This document shows, in pieces, positions 60,081 through 64,000 of a stretch of 64,000 nucleotides of DNA. Source of the stretch: Solirubrobacterales bacterium. GTDB taxonomy: Bacteria > Actinomycetota > Thermoleophilia > Solirubrobacterales > Solirubrobacteraceae. The stretch lies in contig JBBRYA010000003.1 in NCBI GenBank assembly GCA_038238015.1, forward strand, positions 14,462-78,461, given 5' to 3'. The number at the start of each line of letters is the position of its first letter. Position 1 is the stretch's first letter. The position numbers were made by a program, and so were the translations under genes. The notes below the pieces were generated by a model. It was not told where the DNA came from and did not search any database. It saw nothing but the letters and a program-made list of their open reading frames with translations.

Positions 60081-61180
60081 TGACGCGCGTCGCGCTCGCC
60101 TCGACGGGGGACCCGCTCGCGGCGGGGGCGTGGTCGGGCGTTGGCCCCGGCGTGGCGCGCGGGCTGCGCGCGCACGGCGTGGAGGTCGTGGGCGTCGACG
60201 CGACGCCGCCGCCGGGGCTGCGGGTGGCGGGGCTGGGTGCGGCGTTCGCGCGCACGCGCTCGCGGGTCGACGCGCAGTACACCGCTGCGCAGCACGAGCT
60301 GCGCTCGCGCGTGGCGGCACGGCGCCTGCGCTCGCGCGGGCCGGTCGACGGCGCCGTGCTCCTGGGCGCCGAGTTCGGGCTCCCCGACGGGGTGCGCTTC
60401 GTGACGCTGTCGGACCTCACGCTGCGCCAGGCGCGGGCCACGCACCCCGTCTTCGAGCAGCTGAGCGAGCACGTCTTCGCCTCCTGGGAGGACCGCCAGC
60501 GCGCGATCTACGCGCGCGCCGCCGCGTGCTGCGCCGCGAGCGCGTGGACGGCGGACTCGCTCGTGCGCGACTACGGGATCGAGCCGGCGAGGGCGCCGGT
60601 CGTCGGCTTTGCGCGCAACCACGAGCCGCCCGCCCGCGCCGGCGACTGGTCGCCGCCGCGCTTCCTGTTCGTCGGGCGCGAGTGGGAGCGCAAGCACGGT
60701 CCCGACGTGGTCGCGGCGTTCACGGCGCTCGGCGTCCCCGGGGCGCGCCTCGACGTGGTCGGCGAGCATCCGCCGCTCGAGGGCGAGGGGGTGACCGGCC
60801 ACGGGCCGCTGCGCCTCGACCGGCCCGGCGAGGCGGCGCGGGTCGCGGAGCTGTTCGCGGCGGCGACGTGCTTCGTGATGCCCTCCGAGGTCGAGCCGTT
60901 CGGCATCGCCTACGCGGAGGCGAGCGCCGCGGGCGTGCCGAGCATCGCCACGGCGGTCGGCGGCGCCGCGACGATCGTGACCCCGGAGTCCGGCGTGCTC
61001 GTCGCGCCGGGGGACCGGGCGGTGCTCGCGGATGCGATGCGGCGCCTCTGCGATCCGGAGCTGGCGCGGCGGATGGGCGAGGCGGCGCGTGCGCGCTCGG
61101 GGCTGTTCACCTGGGAGGCGGTGGCGGGGCGGCTCCTGCGCGCGCTCGGGCTCGGCGGCGAGGGAGCCGCGTACCTGTGA
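60080..61180 (+). CDS. glycosyltransferase family 4
   Basis: C-terminal ...FVMPSEVEPFGIAYAEASAAGVPSIA. GTG 60080 overlaps the previous TAG by 1 nt. Confidence 0.85.
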   Translation: MTRVALASTGDPLAAGAWSGVGPGVARGLRAHGVEVVGVDATPPPGLRVAGLGAAFARTRSRVDAQYTAAQHELRSRVAARRLRSRGPVDGAVLLGAEFGLPDGVRFVTLSDLTLRQARATHPVFEQLSEHVFASWEDRQRAIYARAAACCAASAWTADSLVRDYGIEPARAPVVGFARNHEPPARAGDWSPPRFLFVGREWERKHGPDVVAAFTALGVPGARLDVVGEHPPLEGEGVTGHGPLRLDRPGEAARVAELFAAATCFVMPSEVEPFGIAYAEASAAGVPSIATAVGGAATIVTPESGVLVAPGDRAVLADAMRRLCDPELARRMGEAARARSGLFTWEAVAGRLLRALGLGGEGAAYL

Positions 61181-62067
61181 GCTGGTGGGTGTGCGTGCTC
61201 AACTGGAACGGCCGGGAGGACACGCTGCGCTGCCTGGCGGCGCTGAGGGAGGTCCGCGTCGTGGTGGCGGACAACGGCTCTGGTGATGGGAGTGTCGAGG
61301 CGATCCGCTCGGCGTTCCCGTCGGTGGCGCTGGTCGAGAACGGGGCGAACCTCGGGTTCTCGGGCGGGAACAACGCAGCGATCCGGTATGCGCTTGGGCA
61401 GGGTGCCGAGTGGGTGGTGCTGGTCAACAACGATGCGTCCCTGGAGGCGGGTGCTCCCGAGGCGCTGCGGGCCGCCGCGGCTCGGCATCCGCGGGCGGGC
61501 GTGCTCGCGGGCAAGCTCCTCGACGCCGACGGGGGGCGCGTGCAGTGGGCGGGCCAGCGCGTCGCGCTGCTGACGGGGTACGCGGGGCGCCCGCGCGGGC
61601 ACGGCCGCCCCGACGAATTCCCCTACCGGATCGAGGGCGCCACCGACCGCGCGGTGGGCGCGCTGATGGCGGTCTCGCGCGAGGCGATCGCCGCCGCCGG
61701 GCTCCTCGACGAGGACCTGTTCGCCTACGTAGAGGACGTCGACTGGTCGCTGCGCATCCGCGCCGCGGGCTTCGAGTGCGTCTTCGTCCCGGGGGCGCGC
61801 GCCGTGCACCGCGTCTCAGCCTCGACCGGCGGCGCCGCGGCCTCGACGCACACCGTCTACTACGGGGTGCGCAACACGATCGTCGTGGTCGAGCGGCATC
61901 GGCCGTTGGGGCGGGTGGGGACGTGGTTGCGGCGCGGCGCTGTTTTGGGCGCCTTTGCGTTGCATGCGGGGGTGGTGCTGCGGTCGAACGGCGCATTGAA
62001 GGCGGTCATGGAGGGGTACCGGGATGCGCTCGCCGGGCGGTTGGGGGAGCGCGGAGGAGGGCGCTGA
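61177..62067 (+). CDS. glycosyltransferase family 2
   Basis: WVCVLNWNGREDTLRCL..VVADNGSGDGS...NLGFSGGNN...VLVNNDA...EDVDWSLR. GTGA overlap with the upstream gene. Confidence 0.85.
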   Translation: MSWWVCVLNWNGREDTLRCLAALREVRVVVADNGSGDGSVEAIRSAFPSVALVENGANLGFSGGNNAAIRYALGQGAEWVVLVNNDASLEAGAPEALRAAAARHPRAGVLAGKLLDADGGRVQWAGQRVALLTGYAGRPRGHGRPDEFPYRIEGATDRAVGALMAVSREAIAAAGLLDEDLFAYVEDVDWSLRIRAAGFECVFVPGARAVHRVSASTGGAAASTHTVYYGVRNTIVVVERHRPLGRVGTWLRRGAVLGAFALHAGVVLRSNGALKAVMEGYRDALAGRLGERGGGR

Positions 62068-62962
62068 GCTCGCGTTCGAGGGTCGCGGCGTCCTCGTGGA
62101 GCTGGCGCCAGGTGATGCGGATGACGCGCCAGCCAGATGCCTGGAGGCGGCGGTCGCGCGCGCGGTCGCGCTCGAAGGCCTGGCGGGTGCGGTGGAACGT
62201 GTAGCTGTCGAGCTCGGCGACGAGATTGTGGGCCGGCCACGCGGCGTCGACCTCGAAGCCCTCGACGATCGTGTTGACCGCGGGGCGAGGGAGGGCGGTG
62301 CCGGCGAGGAAGGCGAGGAAGGCGTCTTCGAGGTCGGAGCGGGTGAAAACCGGGTCGGCTCGCGAGATGAGGCTGATGCCGCGGGCTAGTGGGTGGCGAG
62401 CCACGAGCTCTGCGAGCGACAGCGGATCGGTGAGACGCTGGACCTCGGCTTCGTTGACAGCCTTCTGAAGGGCGTGTCGTGGCAGGACGGAGGCGAGGTC
62501 GAGCAGCGTCCTCGGAACGGTGGTGACGGGGATCCCGTTGACAGTCGTGACCTCGTCATCGGGAAGAACGGCGCAGTGAGGATGGATGCCCGGGCGGGGG
62601 TGGAGCTTGCGCCCAGCGGTGACGTCGACCGTGGTGCGCGCGGTCGGACGGATGCCCAGAAGCGCCGCGCCGGCGTGGTGGCTTAGGACCGTCCCGGGGC
62701 CCGAGGCGAGCACCGCCGCCAGCCAGCGCCCGTGCCTGGACAGCACACGATGCCCGACGGCGTAGACGCCCCGGTGGACCGTGTGAAGCCGCCCGAGCTT
62801 GCGCCGGTGGTCGATCGCTCCGCGATCGAGCCCGAGCGCCACGAGCTGCGCCCGCGACACGACGCCGTGCTGGCGCTCCGCGAGCGCCGCGATCAGCCCA
62901 TCCAGACCACGAGACCGCAGTTGTTCATCCATGTCATGAACAAGTGCGGTCTCGCCTCCCAC
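62006..62962 (-). CDS. DUF559 (Vsr-like endonuclease fold) protein with AbiEi-like N-terminal domain
   Basis: ...QHGVVSRAQL...G....I..R...G.L...HRGVYAVG... in the N-terminal part, and C-terminal ...VDAAWPAHNLVAELDSYTFHRTRQAFERDRARDRRLQASGWRVIRITW. This family is common in actinobacteria. Confidence 0.8.
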   Translation of the reverse strand: MGGETALVHDMDEQLRSRGLDGLIAALAERQHGVVSRAQLVALGLDRGAIDHRRKLGRLHTVHRGVYAVGHRVLSRHGRWLAAVLASGPGTVLSHHAGAALLGIRPTARTTVDVTAGRKLHPRPGIHPHCAVLPDDEVTTVNGIPVTTVPRTLLDLASVLPRHALQKAVNEAEVQRLTDPLSLAELVARHPLARGISLISRADPVFTRSDLEDAFLAFLAGTALPRPAVNTIVEGFEVDAAWPAHNLVAELDSYTFHRTRQAFERDRARDRRLQASGWRVIRITWRQLHEDAATLERELSALLRAPPTARRAHPGTPP

Positions 62963-63042
62963 ACCCCGAGAATCCCACCCATCTCGCCACAGCGGGGCGC
63001 GCGGACGTCACAAGACCGCCACGCGACTGCGACAACCTTCCC

Positions 63043-64000
63043 TCACCGCTGCCGTTCGCCGCGCTTCACCTCGACCGCCCGCTCGTACACGTCCGCGGTC
63101 GCGCGTGCCGCGGCTCGCCAGGAGAAGCGGGCGGCCTGGGCCCGGCCGGCCTCTCGCAGCGGCTCGGGGTCCCGCAGGGCGCGGCGGATCGCGGCGGCTA
63201 TGGACGATGGGTCGGCCGGGTCGAGCCAGACCGCCGCGTCGCCGGCGACCTCGCGCAGGACCGGCAGGTCGGAGCAGGCGACCGGGACGCCGCGGGCCAT
63301 CGCCTCGAGCACCGGAAGGCCGAAGCCCTCGAAGCGCGTGGCGGTGACGACCACGTCGGCGGCGGCGTAGAGCGCCTCGAGCTCGTCCGCGCCGACCGCG
63401 CCGAGCAGCCGCACGGAGTCCGCGACCCCGAGCGCGACGGCGCGACCCAGGAGGTCCCCCGTATCGGTCCCATGGCCCGCCAGGACGAGCAGCGGCCGCG
63501 AGTCACCATCGAGAAGAGCCAGCCCCCCCACGAGCGCACCGAGATTCTTGTGGGGCAGATCCGACGCCACGCTCAACACGACCGCCCGGCCACCCGCCTC
63601 CAACTGAACCCCTCCTACCCAGCCGTCGTTGACGTTCGACAGAGCCGCCGGAACCGTCACCCCATTGGGCACCACCTGCACCCGCCCCTGCCCCAACCCC
63701 AGCTCAACCTCGAGGTCCGCCGCCGACGCCCGCGACACCGTGATCACCCGGTCCGCCCGCCGCGCGGCGCCCGCCACCATCGCGTCGGTCCCCAGCCGCA
63801 GCGGGCGCCCGAGCGTGTCGGGCAACCGCCGCCACAGCAGGTCGTGGACGGTCAGCACGCGCGCGAAGTCGCCGCCGAACGGCCCGAAGTTCGCCACGGA
63901 ATGCAGCACGTCGACCCGGCCCGCGCGCCGCGGCAGCTTCACCAGCTCGCCAATAGCCCACGACGCGCGATCAACTCCGCTTGACGCAACGGGCACCACG
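63043..64000 (-). CDS. glycosyltransferase family 4 (5' end probably beyond window)
   Basis: ...VTATRFEGFGLPVLEAMARGVPVACSDLPVLREV... The frame is open to the window edge. Confidence 0.8.
   Translation of the reverse strand, partial: VVPVASSGVDRASWAIGELVKLPRRAGRVDVLHSVANFGPFGGDFARVLTVHDLLWRRLPDTLGRPLRLGTDAMVAGAARRADRVITVSRASAADLEVELGLGQGRVQVVPNGVTVPAALSNVNDGWVGGVQLEAGGRAVVLSVASDLPHKNLGALVGGLALLDGDSRPLLVLAGHGTDTGDLLGRAVALGVADSVRLLGAVGADELEALYAAADVVVTATRFEGFGLPVLEAMARGVPVACSDLPVLREVAGDAAVWLDPADPSSIAAAIRRALRDPEPLREAGRAQAARFSWRAAARATADVYERAVEVKRGERQR

Noticed and set aside
1-64000. CRISPR arrays, transposases, integrases and phage genes.
   Set aside because: No regularly spaced direct repeats were seen. 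No DDE, tyrosine-recombinase or serine-recombinase-like translations were seen in any frame. The only mobile elements supported are the two inteins.

Overview
This is a very GC-rich, actinobacterium-like chromosomal segment; the taxon is only an inference from composition and gene content. All calls come from reading the supplied ORF translations and DNA by eye, with no database search. The first 2.9 kb carries the end of selA, a small membrane-protein gene and selB. The remaining ~61 kb is one very large cell-surface glycan biosynthesis super-cluster. It contains about 15 glycosyltransferase genes (GT4, GT2, GT26 and CgeB-like, several multi-domain) and two polyprenyl-phosphate sugar transferases. 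It also has two Wzx-type flippases, two O-antigen-ligase/Wzy-like proteins with TPR tails, and about 9 class I SAM-methyltransferase genes or domains. Sugar-nucleotide enzymes present are UDP-glucuronate decarboxylase, GDP-mannose 4,6-dehydratase and a DegT-type aminotransferase. Secreted accessory proteins include a clan GH-A-like hydrolase, an RTX-like Ca-binding protein and an HExxH metallopeptidase. Five observations stand out. (1) Both SDR-fold sugar-nucleotide enzymes (UXS and GMD) are interrupted by LAGLIDADG-containing inteins, inserted two residues apart in the same conserved FNxxxP loop. (2) A tightly coupled operon encodes long coiled-coil proteins, including a 1359-aa methyltransferase / ~400-aa coiled coil (with 64-aa tandem repeats) / GT2 / GT4-like polypeptide. 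This resembles the WbdD/WbbB 'molecular ruler' logic for glycan chain-length control, but here it sits next to Wzx/Wzy-type genes. (3) Four toxin-antitoxin-like pairs (VapBC, MazF plus partner, RHH-ParE/RelE, XRE-HTH plus nucleotidyltransferase-fold protein) are embedded in the cluster, three of them in line with glycosyltransferase genes, two via overlapping stop/start codons and the MazF pair via 7-28 nt gaps. (4) A decay zone at 47.9-49.3 kb holds a multiply frameshifted hydrolase paralog abutting tiny remnants of a tauE-like gene and of cysD. (5) A [secreted Gly-rich anchored protein + Wzy_C/TPR protein] module is duplicated. No rRNA, tRNA, CRISPR array, transposase or integrase was recognised.
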